Assembly: GCA_038063415.1 (NCBI GenBank)
Contig: JBBTVD010000009.1
Location: forward strand, 15,430 to 79,429
Length of the DNA: 64,000 nt
Direction: 5' to 3'
DNA from: Patescibacteria group bacterium
Lineage (GTDB): Bacteria; Patescibacteriota; Microgenomatia; Levybacterales; UBA12049
Under the pieces are notes generated by a model. The model had not been told where the DNA came from. It made no database searches and was given only the letters and a program-made list of their open reading frames with translations. Positions 19,750 to 29,055 of the stretch are shown one piece after another (positions within the stretch are counted from its first letter, which is position 1; each line of letters opens with the position of its first letter). Both the position numbers and the translations under genes were made by a program.

Positions 19750-20552
19750 AAAGCCATGCTGCCTCTGCCACTAGTACTAGCATCAAAACATTTGTTATTT
19801 ATACTGTAGTTGTCATTTTTGTCCTGACCCTCGCTTTGGGTATAAAAGCGTTTGCTGTTTTTCAACAAAATAAATTTGATGGTCAAGAACAATTCACACT
19901 TGGTATTATTGAAGGGCGCTACGTAAAGCAGATTGTAACGTTTTCTCCAGCAGATGAACTGATAACAGTCCTTCCCATAGAAAAAAAAGAAACGAAAGAA
20001 TCTTTTAAAGCCTATAGTATAAAGCCAGATGCATGGATAACTCTCTCAGGTAGCAGTATTCCCAAAGATATCGGGCAGGTACTAACCGGTTCACTGTGGG
20101 ATATGCGTCATACAAAAACAGAATTAACTATATTTGATATTGGGCGATTATGGCTCATTACAAAGCGGGTGCCCGAAGGCAACAAAATCGCATTATCGCT
20201 TACCGCAGATATGTCAGAGGTAGAACGTGAGAAGCTAATTAAAAAAGCATTGACCGATACTACAATTATTAAAGAACAGGTAACGATACAGATTATTAAT
20301 GCGAGTGGTATTCCCGGGTTGGGGGGGAAAATAGAATCTGTACTTGAAAATATTGGTGGCAATGTAGTCTCGGTAACCACAGGTCATGCGCTACGCGAAC
20401 ATTCAAACATTAAGTACTATGGAGAGGATACATATACCTTGGAGCGTTTACAGCAACTCCTAGGCTTTCCTATGGCACCCTTACAACAGGAAACCATTGC
20501 ACAGATCGTTATTACCTTAGGAAAGGATGCCAAAAAGACCGAATTGTTCTGA
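19746..20552 (+). CDS. membrane-anchored protein with LytR_C-like C-terminal domain
   Basis: N-terminal TM (FVIYTVVVIFVLTLALGI). The C-terminal block VTIQIINASGIPGLGGKIESVLENIGGNVVSVTTG matches the LytR/CpsA/Psr C-terminal domain pattern. Confidence 0.45.
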   Translation: MKSHAASATSTSIKTFVIYTVVVIFVLTLALGIKAFAVFQQNKFDGQEQFTLGIIEGRYVKQIVTFSPADELITVLPIEKKETKESFKAYSIKPDAWITLSGSSIPKDIGQVLTGSLWDMRHTKTELTIFDIGRLWLITKRVPEGNKIALSLTADMSEVEREKLIKKALTDTTIIKEQVTIQIINASGIPGLGGKIESVLENIGGNVVSVTTGHALREHSNIKYYGEDTYTLERLQQLLGFPMAPLQQETIAQIVITLGKDAKKTELF

Positions 20553-20556
20553 CCGT

Positions 20557-20697
20557 ATGTTTATCCTTAGCATTGTTATTATCTTTCTTCTTTCTTTTCT
20601 CCTTGCCGTATCGTCACTTTGGAGGCAGAATAAACTTGAAGAGATAAAGAAAGTGCGAAAGTCCCTCAAAAAACAGAAGGTTATTTATCAACGCTGA
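20557..20697 (+). CDS. possible small hydrophobic protein (46 aa, MFILSIVIIFLLSFLLAVSSLW...)
   Basis: A short ATG-initiated ORF with one TM-like segment, below the 60-aa cut-off of the ORF track. It has no other support. Confidence 0.15.
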   Translation: MFILSIVIIFLLSFLLAVSSLWRQNKLEEIKKVRKSLKKQKVIYQR

Positions 20698-20719
20698 TTA
20701 TTTTCTTTATCTTATTTAT

Positions 20720-20806
20720 GTCATTCCTGCGAAAGCAGGAATCTAGAAATGCCATACTAAATTCATCTCAGGGATATCTGGATTCCCGATCGGGTCGGGA
20801 ATGACA
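20720..20806. repeat. palindromic MITE/REP-like element, subfamily B
   Basis: GTCATTCCTGCGAAAGCAGGAATC hairpin plus GGATTCCCGATCGGGTCGGGAATGACA hairpin. It ends 8 bp from the stop of the TPR gene at 20814. Confidence 0.7.
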
Positions 20807-20813
20807 GGGATAG

Positions 20814-21446
20814 TTACTTACTTTTACTAAGGGATAGTTTCTGTTTAGCATCATTGGCAAGAAAAGATGATTGGTCATGAAATTTTTTTGCTCGTTTTAT
20901 CTCTCTGACAAAAATACAGAGCTTATTTTTGTCAGCGGTTCGTACATACGCATCATAGTCGTTACCACCAGTCATAAATTTGATTAATCGTTGACCACTA
21001 TCATCAGGGAGCATCCCCAAAAATTGTTTTTCACTATCAAGAGCAAATATTTTATTTCTTTTAATGCAGAGTTCTAACTTTTCTCCCGCGCGTAAATGTG
21101 CAACAATTTTTTTATCGGCAATATTTACTAATTCAAAAATTTTGGTTTTTCCGGGCTCTTCAAGAAAAAGATTGTTCAAAGGAACAAATGCTTTTTTTGT
21201 ATTATTTGTGGTAAGTCGCTTAATATTTCGAAGGGCAATTGGGTTTTTGGCATCAAGGGAAAGCACTTTTTCATAGGATGCTTTTGCCTGGGCGATATTT
21301 CCGATACTTCCAAAAGCAAATGCGATTCTATTTAAGGTATCTATATCGTTAGGTTCTGTTTCAAGAATCCGTTGATTTAGTCCTATAGCATTTTCCCAGT
21401 CTCCCTGTAGTGCCGTTTGAATAGCTTGAGATTTAAGTGATACCAT
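20814..21446 (-). CDS. TPR-repeat protein
   Basis: 210 aa. The N-terminal 100 aa form 3 TPR-like helical repeats (W..A..L..R.L...P.....L...A). Confidence 0.55.
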   Translation of the reverse strand: MVSLKSQAIQTALQGDWENAIGLNQRILETEPNDIDTLNRIAFAFGSIGNIAQAKASYEKVLSLDAKNPIALRNIKRLTTNNTKKAFVPLNNLFLEEPGKTKIFELVNIADKKIVAHLRAGEKLELCIKRNKIFALDSEKQFLGMLPDDSGQRLIKFMTGGNDYDAYVRTADKNKLCIFVREIKRAKKFHDQSSFLANDAKQKLSLSKSK

Positions 21447-21517
21447 GTATTTTGGATTGAAAAAATTCTACTAGTATTTATTGCAAAAGTCAAGGCAGAA
21501 GAGGTATAATGATCGTT

Positions 21518-22264
21518 ATGAGTGGTCATTCTAAGTGGGCGACAATTAAACGAGCAAAAGGTGCCAATGATGCCAAAAGAGGGCAATTATTCACAAAGCT
21601 CTCAAAAGCAATTACCATCGCTGTTAGACAGGGTGGAGGAGTTACCGATCCTGCAGCAAACTTCAGGCTTCGTTTGGCGGCTGAATCTGCTCGGGCAGCC
21701 AATATGCCCAAAGAAAACATTGAACGGGCAATTGCACGAGCAGGGGCTAAAGATGGTAGCTTTCTTGAAGAAGGGGTATACGAAGGATTTGGTCCAGGGG
21801 GCTTTAGTGTCATTGTTGAAGCATTAACAGATAATAAGCAAAGAACAACTCCTGAGGTTAAAAATATTTTTGATAAAGGTGGGGGGAGTCTTGGCGCACA
21901 GGGAAGTGTCGCATATCAATTTGAAAAGAAAGGGGTTATTACTGTTGCTAAAGAAGGGAAGAGTGTTGACGATATTTTCTTAATTGCAGCGGATAATGAA
22001 GCAGAAGATATCGAAGACGCAGGGGATGAAGTACTTATTTTTACCAATCCTGAAGCACTTGGTAAAGTACGAGATGCTTTAAGTACGAATGGGTTAACTA
22101 TCAAAGGAGCAGAACTCACATTTAGGCCTGTAGTAGTTTTTTCTATTATTGATAAGGCAACTGCTGATAAAGCATTGGCTTTCTTGGACAAACTTGAATC
22201 ACATGATGATGTACAGAAAGTCTATGCAAATTTTGATATCCCAGACGAGCTAATGACAGACTAG
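21518..22264 (+). CDS. yebC: YebC/PmpR-family transcriptional regulator
   Basis: MSGHSKWATIKRAKG... is the conserved N-terminus, with conservation throughout. The ATG at 21518 is preferred over the track start at 21509. Confidence 0.85.
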   Translation: MSGHSKWATIKRAKGANDAKRGQLFTKLSKAITIAVRQGGGVTDPAANFRLRLAAESARAANMPKENIERAIARAGAKDGSFLEEGVYEGFGPGGFSVIVEALTDNKQRTTPEVKNIFDKGGGSLGAQGSVAYQFEKKGVITVAKEGKSVDDIFLIAADNEAEDIEDAGDEVLIFTNPEALGKVRDALSTNGLTIKGAELTFRPVVVFSIIDKATADKALAFLDKLESHDDVQKVYANFDIPDELMTD

Positions 22265-22271
22265 GCACATC

Positions 22272-23099
22272 ATGAGTACCAAAGAAAAACGCAAACGATT
22301 TTTCCACTTCTCAAAACCTGCTTTTTTTTCAATCGATAAAAGGCAAAAATTTGTTGTCGGGACAGCATTATTATCACTTGGACTTTTTTTCACGGAGTAC
22401 CAACTAAGTATTTCGGGAATTATTGCAGCGTTACTTTTGGCCTTTTTTACCAATATCATTTTATTCTGGGCGATACATAACGACATTCAGGATAAAAAGA
22501 ATTATGAAGTTTTTATTTTGCCATTGTTTTACAGTCTTGCTTTTGGTCTTTTTTACTTTCTGACTCCTGCGGCTTTTTTCTCCAGACTTATTTTGACGGT
22601 AATTTATGCTTTTGGTTTGTACTCGTTATTTTTAAGCCAGAATATTCTGATTGTTTCTTCAAGTAGGACAATTGCGCTGTTATCAGGATCACGAATTGTT
22701 TCCTTTGTGGTAACGCTTGTATCATACTTTTTACTAACCAATACAATTTTTACTTTTCATATTACGATCTTTCCCGTAATTCTTATTTTACTTACCTATA
22801 CCTATCTTTTGGTCTACCACTCTCTCTGGACATATACACTCCAAAAGAATAGTCAACCATTATCGTTGTGGGCATCTTCGGTAACAGTCTGCCTTGTAGA
22901 GGTGGCAACTATTTTATGGTTTTGGCCAAGTAATCCGACAGTTATTTCACTTTTTCTCACAGGCTTTTTTTATGCCATTTTAGGTTTATCTCATATTTGG
23001 TTTGAAAGACGACTTTTTAAGGGAATATTGTGGGAGTATGTCTGGGTAGGTTGTGTCGTATTTTTTGTATTGATGATATTCACTCCATGGGGGAAATAA
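22272..23099 (+). CDS. polytopic membrane protein, function unknown
   Basis: 275 aa with about 8 hydrophobic helices, 7 nt downstream of yebC. Confidence 0.5.
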   Translation: MSTKEKRKRFFHFSKPAFFSIDKRQKFVVGTALLSLGLFFTEYQLSISGIIAALLLAFFTNIILFWAIHNDIQDKKNYEVFILPLFYSLAFGLFYFLTPAAFFSRLILTVIYAFGLYSLFLSQNILIVSSSRTIALLSGSRIVSFVVTLVSYFLLTNTIFTFHITIFPVILILLTYTYLLVYHSLWTYTLQKNSQPLSLWASSVTVCLVEVATILWFWPSNPTVISLFLTGFFYAILGLSHIWFERRLFKGILWEYVWVGCVVFFVLMIFTPWGK

Positions 23100-23834
23100 A
23101 TTATTTTGTTGCAAGACAGGGAAGAGGGGAAAAAGAAATAAATCTAAAGAGAAGAGAATAAACCCTATAGTTAATGATGTGATTTGATATAGTTAAGTAG
23201 AACTTTTCACGAGATAAAAAAGTCACTTTTCACAGAATAGTAAATAAATCTTCGTGGGAATATTTTGATTAGCAGTAAATGCAAGTAGTTGCTTTCTACT
23301 GCTGAATTTTGTTTTCAGAAAGTAAGAAGATATTCGTTATGAGAGTCTCTCAATAAATAAAGAGGTATCTGTAGTCGTCTCATGAGTCTTTCGTTCGTTC
23401 TAGGGGCTTCTAGCGCTATGTTAAATATCCATACAAAAGACGATTGAAGAAGCGTCTATGAGAGGGAGTTTCTTTGTAGTCAAAAATGTACCCCCTCCTC
23501 CTCGGAAGGCTTTTTTATGGGGGAATGGGGGAAAACCCTGGCCAGCCCTATGTCGCACAATAATACTTTTGCGACATAAAGTTTCGTTGACTAAGGGGAG
23601 GGATCTTATTTTTGTGCAGAATACATTTTATTAACTTTCATTAAATTTTTATGAACTTCCAGGCTGGATCTGTGTGTACGTCTATTCTTCAAGTTCAAAT
23701 AGCACAAATTTTGTCCATTTTGGGGACAGTTATGGGATGCGTTTTTATGGTACTTTTCACAGAAAATAAGCTAATTTTGCCTCAAATAAGAAGAAAAAAC
23801 ACTATTTTTATTTCAAAAAAAGGATGTTTAGCCC

Positions 23835-23862
23835 TCCCCTTCAACCTTTTTTCACCAGGGGA
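23835..23862. terminator. GC-stem hairpin (CTCCCCT..AGGGGAG) with flanking T-runs on both strands, between convergent genes
   Basis: The stem-loop lies about 10 nt from the trehalase stop on the minus strand. A T6 tract sits inside the loop and T-rich sequence follows on plus. Confidence 0.35.
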
Positions 23863-23872
23863 GTTCTTTCTT

Positions 23873-25429
23873 TTAATACAATATCGCTAAGTCATACGGA
23901 GGTTCTCCGTTGGGTTCAGGGGTTGTGTAGATGCCTTCTGGTGACTCAAGTGCGTCCAAAAGCTGAATGTATCTATAAAAAACAGCATTGGTCCAGCCAA
24001 ATCCTTGTTGGTCTTCATATTTTGCATTACTGCCGGAGTGGCCTGTCTCTCCATTTAGTTTCTCAAAGAAGGTTTGATGTTTACGAAAAACGTTGGCATG
24101 GGCTTTAACAGCATTTTGCATAATTCCTTTAGCTTCTTCCATATAGCCGTATTTAAGTAATCCTATGACCGTAAGGTATTCGAGTGGTGACCAGATATTC
24201 GGATAGTCCCATTGTTTTGGCATGATTATTTCTTCAATAGCCGGATGATATCGTTGTTGGATCTTTGACAGATCAATATCATGGGCAAGTGACTCTTTGG
24301 CTCCAATGGTTAGTCCATATGGCGTTACAAACTTATGGAGCTTTTCTACCATTTGTTTTGCTTGATATTTGGTTGCGAGCCCTGCCCACATTGGGACATA
24401 CGAAGCCAGGGAAAAATAATGCCCAATTTTCTTCGCGATATAATTGTAGTCATAAAAGAATGCTTCATTTGGATCCCACATCAGCTTATGCATTTCTTTT
24501 TGACGTTCTCTGGCTTTTTCCTGCCAGTACTCCCCTTCTCTGTCATCTCCAAGTATTTTGGCAGCCAGGGCAAAATCTTTTTCGTATTTATACAAATAAC
24601 TATTGAGATCAATTGGGAAGAACTGATCACAACGGTTGTAAAACCGTGAAGTCATATCCCAACCTGATTCAAGCTCTGAAGAGTGAGCATAGCCAATATC
24701 CCGATCTCCGTAACGAGCCAAAAGAGAATCTTTGACACTGTGGTTATACGCACGAATTTTATCAATCCACACGATTTCATATTCTTTTTTTGCTACTTCC
24801 ATTGCTTTTTTAAGCCAGTTCTTCTTGGTTAAGGTATATAGTTGTCGTCCAATCCCTTTTCGTACATAGTCATTGCTGGAATTCAGTGGTGAAAGATAGG
24901 TGTCAAGGATCATTGAAGAAAAAAATGGAGGCTGAGACCGTCCCATAGATGCAGGGGCGTTAAAGTTAGGAATAATTTGGTACATATGAAAAAGATACAT
25001 AAAGTTCTCTATCATTTCTCGCATGAGCCATTCACGTCGAGTACCCATCAGTCCACGAAACATGAAATAACTATCCCAATAAAAGATATAGGTAAATTTA
25101 TTATCATTCGGGACAAAATAATAATGTGGAAGCTTAATAAAGTTTGGGTTGACATTTACGGTAGTCGTAATTTCTCGTGAGAACTGTAATCTATTGGGAA
25201 TGGTCGCTACTCGATAGCGTAGCTTCATTTTGGAAGGTTTATAAATGATTTTGTTCCAGTAGCTGTCAATGTATGCAAGGCAGTCTGCGTACTCTTTACT
25301 CCACATAAAGTTAGTATAAGATATCTTGGATAAAGTATAAAGCATGAATATTGAAAAAGAACTGAAAGCTGTTGCATCTATGGCATTGTATGTCGTAGAA
25401 TAATGCATGGCTGCCCTATGAAAGATCAA
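23873..25429 (-). CDS. trehalase (glycoside hydrolase family 37)
   Basis: Matches both GH37 signature regions: ...FYWDSYFMFRGL (cf. R-F-x-E-x-Y-x-W-D-x-Y) and PKQWDYPNIWSP (cf. Q-W-D-x-P-x-[GAV]-W-[PAS]-P). The N-terminal start is uncertain and overlaps the divergent xer start region. Confidence 0.65.
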   Translation of the reverse strand: MIFHRAAMHYSTTYNAIDATAFSSFSIFMLYTLSKISYTNFMWSKEYADCLAYIDSYWNKIIYKPSKMKLRYRVATIPNRLQFSREITTTVNVNPNFIKLPHYYFVPNDNKFTYIFYWDSYFMFRGLMGTRREWLMREMIENFMYLFHMYQIIPNFNAPASMGRSQPPFFSSMILDTYLSPLNSSNDYVRKGIGRQLYTLTKKNWLKKAMEVAKKEYEIVWIDKIRAYNHSVKDSLLARYGDRDIGYAHSSELESGWDMTSRFYNRCDQFFPIDLNSYLYKYEKDFALAAKILGDDREGEYWQEKARERQKEMHKLMWDPNEAFFYDYNYIAKKIGHYFSLASYVPMWAGLATKYQAKQMVEKLHKFVTPYGLTIGAKESLAHDIDLSKIQQRYHPAIEEIIMPKQWDYPNIWSPLEYLTVIGLLKYGYMEEAKGIMQNAVKAHANVFRKHQTFFEKLNGETGHSGSNAKYEDQQGFGWTNAVFYRYIQLLDALESPEGIYTTPEPNGEPPYDLAILY

Positions 25430-26356
25430 AAGCTTACTGGACTTATCATTGATTTTCTCGAGTACTTAGAAGTCGAAAAAAATTGTAGTAAGTTAACCCT
25501 TCGGGATTATAAGCATTATCTTGATGTCTTTGTGGAGTGGCACTCCTCTTCCCTACCTGGTAAATCAATTGAAAATCTTACCTTGGTTGATGTTCGCAAG
25601 TTCCGTGTTTACCTGGCTGATTTGACTGATAAAAAAGGCCAAACCCGTAAGAAAGTTACCCAAAATTACTATGTCATTGCGCTTCGGTCGTTTCTTCGGT
25701 TTCTCCTCAAAAACGACTATAGGACTTTGGAGCCTTCCAAGATCGATCTGCCTAAGACAGAAAGTCGTAGCCTCAAATTCCTTGAGCGTGAGCAAGTAGA
25801 TCGCTTGGTAACCATGCCTGATACCTCAAAGGAAGAAGGCATTCGTGATCGGGCGATTCTGGAGCTGCTTTTTTCAACAGGGCTTCGTGTCTCTGAATTG
25901 GTAAGCCTGAACCATCAGCAACTTAATCTAGAAAGACGTGAATTTGGGATTATTGGCAAAGGCAGACGTTCCAGAATTGTCTTTATCTCAGATCGAGCTG
26001 CTGAATGGATTCAAAGATATCTTGATGCTCGGATCGATGTCTTTAAGCCGCTTTTTATCCGATACTCAGGCCAAGTGATGGAAGAAGATGAAGGTGAGAA
26101 GATGCGTCTGACAGTACGAAGCATTGAGCGAATTGTAAAAAAATATACGGAGCTTGCTCGGCTTCCTGTGGATGCTACGGTGCATACGCTACGACATAGC
26201 TTCGCGACAGATCTACTTACCAATGGTGCTGATTTACGATCAGTACAGGAAATGCTCGGACACAAGAATATCGCGACAACGCAGATTTATACGCATATCA
26301 CGAACAAACAGCTTAGAGAAGTACACAAGGCTTTTCATAGTGGAAATAAGGAATAA
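25403..26356 (+). CDS. tyrosine site-specific recombinase (XerC/XerD-like)
   Basis: 317 aa. N-terminal SAM-like core-binding domain, and a C-terminal catalytic domain with R..(LRVSEL), HTLRHSFAT, and LGH...TTQIYTH containing the catalytic Tyr. Confidence 0.8.
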   Translation: MHGCPMKDQKLTGLIIDFLEYLEVEKNCSKLTLRDYKHYLDVFVEWHSSSLPGKSIENLTLVDVRKFRVYLADLTDKKGQTRKKVTQNYYVIALRSFLRFLLKNDYRTLEPSKIDLPKTESRSLKFLEREQVDRLVTMPDTSKEEGIRDRAILELLFSTGLRVSELVSLNHQQLNLERREFGIIGKGRRSRIVFISDRAAEWIQRYLDARIDVFKPLFIRYSGQVMEEDEGEKMRLTVRSIERIVKKYTELARLPVDATVHTLRHSFATDLLTNGADLRSVQEMLGHKNIATTQIYTHITNKQLREVHKAFHSGNKE

Positions 26357-26364
26357 GTATTTTG

Positions 26365-27015
26365 AAAGTATTAATACCTTGGTTTTGGCTCAGAGGGTGT
26401 TTGCAAAAGAAAAACTGCCTCACGATACAATACGAGTAACTTCTCCTGACAACCCAGAGTATGTTCAAACAGCAAATGAAGTAATGCCACTAATAATTCA
26501 TGAGTTCGCAAGTCAAGACTTATATAGTGTAACTCTTTCTGCTGAAAAGTTGGGACGTCGAACTACCGAAGATAATAGAAAAGAGTTTGTAGACAACGTA
26601 GACCGTCTTCATTCCACCTTCGACGAATTAACTAATCTAGTTGAAAATCCTTATGCTTCACAGCCTATGAAATTGTCATTTTTACATAGTAAAATGAAGG
26701 GAGCTATTCCAGCCAAAGATGATGGTCCAGTCATACTCTTTGGTTCCCTTCCAGTACTCTGGGGGAATTCCCGAATGGATGCTACCAAGGGTAAAAGACG
26801 GATTTTATGGAGATCATGAGTACCCTGATGTACAAAGTAACGCTGACTCTACTGGGATTGGTATGGCCGCCAATACGTTCGCTCTTAAAGAGAAGTTTGA
26901 TGCAGAAATTCATGCAGGAAATGTTGAAGATGAGCGACTGTCTCCGCGTCAAGAAGGAGCAATGGTTGTCGTGAAACTTCCTCTTCGTGACACAGAAGAA
27001 TCACAGACTGCATAA
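26365..27015 (+). pseudogene. frameshifted ORF (two overlapping reading frames switching near a G5 run at about 26760) of unknown function, downstream of the recombinase
   Basis: The track ORF 26154-26819, read past the xer stop, and ORF 26719-27015 overlap by 100 nt in different frames. Joined, they would give a roughly 215-aa product. No ATG starts the first part. Confidence 0.3.
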
Positions 27016-27033
27016 TTTGCTATACTTGAAGAA

Positions 27034-28200
27034 ATGAAACTCCTGTTGAGTATTATTGGGTTCTTTTTTTTAGCACATATTGCCTTGGCCTATGTAGTTC
27101 CAGAATCTATCCTTGCCGCTAATTTCCCCTATAAAAATCTTCTACATGGCTCCTATGAGATTGGTCCTATAACCGCTTTTGCTAATTTTGATGGCTATCA
27201 ATATCTTTCGATCGCCCATATGGGGTATGGTGAGTTTCAACAGAGCTATTTCCCCCTTTTCCCTTTGCTCATTCATAGTGCCGCTCCCCTCTTCAATAAC
27301 CAGTATTTACATGCAGGACTTTTTGTCAGTTGGTTATGTTTGCTTTTCGGGATAATTTACTTTTACAAATTAACCCAAGTCATACTTGTAGAAAAAAAGA
27401 AGAGTTTGTGGGCAGTTGTACTACTCTTATCCTTCCCTACTGCATTCTTTTATTTGATGGTTTATCCTGAAAGTTTCTATCTCTTATTGTCATCAGCTGC
27501 TCTATATTATCTCTATACGAAGCGATACCTCTATTCTTCTGTCTTTGCACTTTTTGCTTCACTTACGAAGGTACAGGGCGTTTTTCTTATACTTCCGTTT
27601 GTTCTTGCAATGGTACAGACGTGGAATTACAGGATTTCTTTTCAGTCCGTGTTAACCTTTCTCAGAAAACACATAGTGCTTCTTTTTGTAGTCCTCTCCC
27701 CTCTCTATGGTCTGCTACTCTACATGGGATATTTATTCATACAGTATGGAGATCCGTTGTATTTCTATCACGCGCAGGCAGAGTTTGGGGCAAATCGTAC
27801 AGTCAACGGGATTGTGCTCTTACCACAGGTTCTCTACCGATACGTCAAAATCTTCTTAACTGCTCAGTTTAATTTCCAATATCTTATTGCTGTGCTTGAG
27901 TTTGTTCTTTTCGTTAGTCTCTTTACTGTCATTGTGTACCAACTTGTTAAAATTTTTCAGAGTAAGAAAAAGAATCTACGATTGCTTGGTATACATGGCT
28001 ATTCATTGGCCGTGTTAATCCTTCCAACCTTGACGGGTACTTTAACCTCTGTGCCTCGATATGCCTTGCTTTGCTTTGGCTTCTTCCTTTTCCTTGCCAA
28101 CCTGCGGTCGGTATGGATTAAGCTAGGGGTTATCGGTGTCTTTTTGATAATACAAGTAGTCTTATTCTTTTATTTCCTCCAGGGGTATTTTGTAAGTTAG
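27034..28200 (+). CDS. polytopic membrane glycosyltransferase-like protein (PIG-V / GT87 / DUF2029-like)
   Basis: 388 aa, 10+ TM helices. The N-terminal loop block NFDGYQYLSIAHMGY...YFPLFPLL resembles the conserved W/Y-D-x-x-x-Y-L-x-I-A..GY...AFFPL-P motif of PIG-V-like mannosyltransferases. Confidence 0.45.
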   Translation: MKLLLSIIGFFFLAHIALAYVVPESILAANFPYKNLLHGSYEIGPITAFANFDGYQYLSIAHMGYGEFQQSYFPLFPLLIHSAAPLFNNQYLHAGLFVSWLCLLFGIIYFYKLTQVILVEKKKSLWAVVLLLSFPTAFFYLMVYPESFYLLLSSAALYYLYTKRYLYSSVFALFASLTKVQGVFLILPFVLAMVQTWNYRISFQSVLTFLRKHIVLLFVVLSPLYGLLLYMGYLFIQYGDPLYFYHAQAEFGANRTVNGIVLLPQVLYRYVKIFLTAQFNFQYLIAVLEFVLFVSLFTVIVYQLVKIFQSKKKNLRLLGIHGYSLAVLILPTLTGTLTSVPRYALLCFGFFLFLANLRSVWIKLGVIGVFLIIQVVLFFYFLQGYFVS

Positions 28201-28220
28201 TTTAGAAATCGCAAGAAACT

Positions 28221-28249
28221 GGATTCCTGGTTTACCGCCAGGAATGACA
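28221..28249. repeat. partial palindromic element (single hairpin GGATTCCTGG-TTTA-CCGCCAGGAATGACA), subfamily B half-copy
   Basis: One stem-loop carrying the ...GGAATGACA terminus, between the stops of convergent genes. Confidence 0.5.
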
Positions 28250-28267
28250 ATTAGATATTTGTTTGTA

Positions 28268-29023
28268 TTAGTATGTTTCGTAGGACAAGGTGACCATTGA
28301 GGTAATGACATTTTCCCCAGGGTTGAGTTCAGTGGTTTGTGCAGGTTCTACACTATCTTTTGCCATAGCCGACATTTCATATCTCATTGGAGCAACAGGG
28401 TTCACATCTGTTTCTTGCACATCAATGATTCTTCCTAAGCGAATATCTGCTTCACTACTTAATGCCTTAGCTTTTTCTTTGGCTTCAGCAATTGCCTGCT
28501 TACGAGCCTCTGCTTGCAATTCCTTTCTCTTTTCTTCATTAACTATGAACGTTATGCCACCAACCTGCGTTGCGCCGTCTTTGGTTGCTAGATCAACGAC
28601 TGTATTGGCTTTATCAATAGGGGTCACCTCTACTTGAATAGAGGCATCAACTTGATAGCCTGTGAGTTGCTGTTGTCCACTCGTCCAGTCGTAGCTTGGA
28701 TTAACGGAGTAATTGGTTGTTTTGATATTGTTTGCTTCAACACCCTGTGCTTTGACGTCCTCGGTTATTTTGTTAATAATTTGATCAACTTGTTGTTTTG
28801 CGACTTCAACGGTAGTAGCTTGTTTGTTTACTCCCAAGCTTACGATAGCAGTATCAGGAATTGCAGTGACCTCCCCTGTTCCCTGTACCGTGAAGAGAGA
28901 TTCTTTGGTAGTTGTGGTACTGGTAACTGAGAATGGCAGTGGGCCAAAGATCTTTGTGTATGCTAGTAGACCTACAAATATAAAGAGAACAGTAAAGAAT
29001 GGAATTTTCAGATCACGCACCAT
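28268..29023 (-). CDS. SIMPL-domain protein (DUF541 / YggE-like), N-terminal signal anchor
   Basis: Block pattern TVQGTGEVTAIPDTA...V.........I..NPGE..I...V is typical of SIMPL/26-kDa periplasmic immunogenic protein family. The start is taken at MVRDLK (29023) to avoid overlap with the upstream gene end. Confidence 0.55.
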   Translation of the reverse strand: MVRDLKIPFFTVLFIFVGLLAYTKIFGPLPFSVTSTTTTKESLFTVQGTGEVTAIPDTAIVSLGVNKQATTVEVAKQQVDQIINKITEDVKAQGVEANNIKTTNYSVNPSYDWTSGQQQLTGYQVDASIQVEVTPIDKANTVVDLATKDGATQVGGITFIVNEEKRKELQAEARKQAIAEAKEKAKALSSEADIRLGRIIDVQETDVNPVAPMRYEMSAMAKDSVEPAQTTELNPGENVITSMVTLSYETY

Positions 29024-29055
29024 ATATATTATTGAAGTACTTTTGAAGTTGTTTG

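Noticed and set aside
23458-23634. 57-codon ATG ORF (MRGSFFVVKNVPPPPRKAF...) in the 770-bp gene-free region
   Set aside because: Composition (poly-Pro, W/G-rich) is not protein-like, there is no RBS, and there is no conservation signal. It is retained only as part of the non-coding-region finding.
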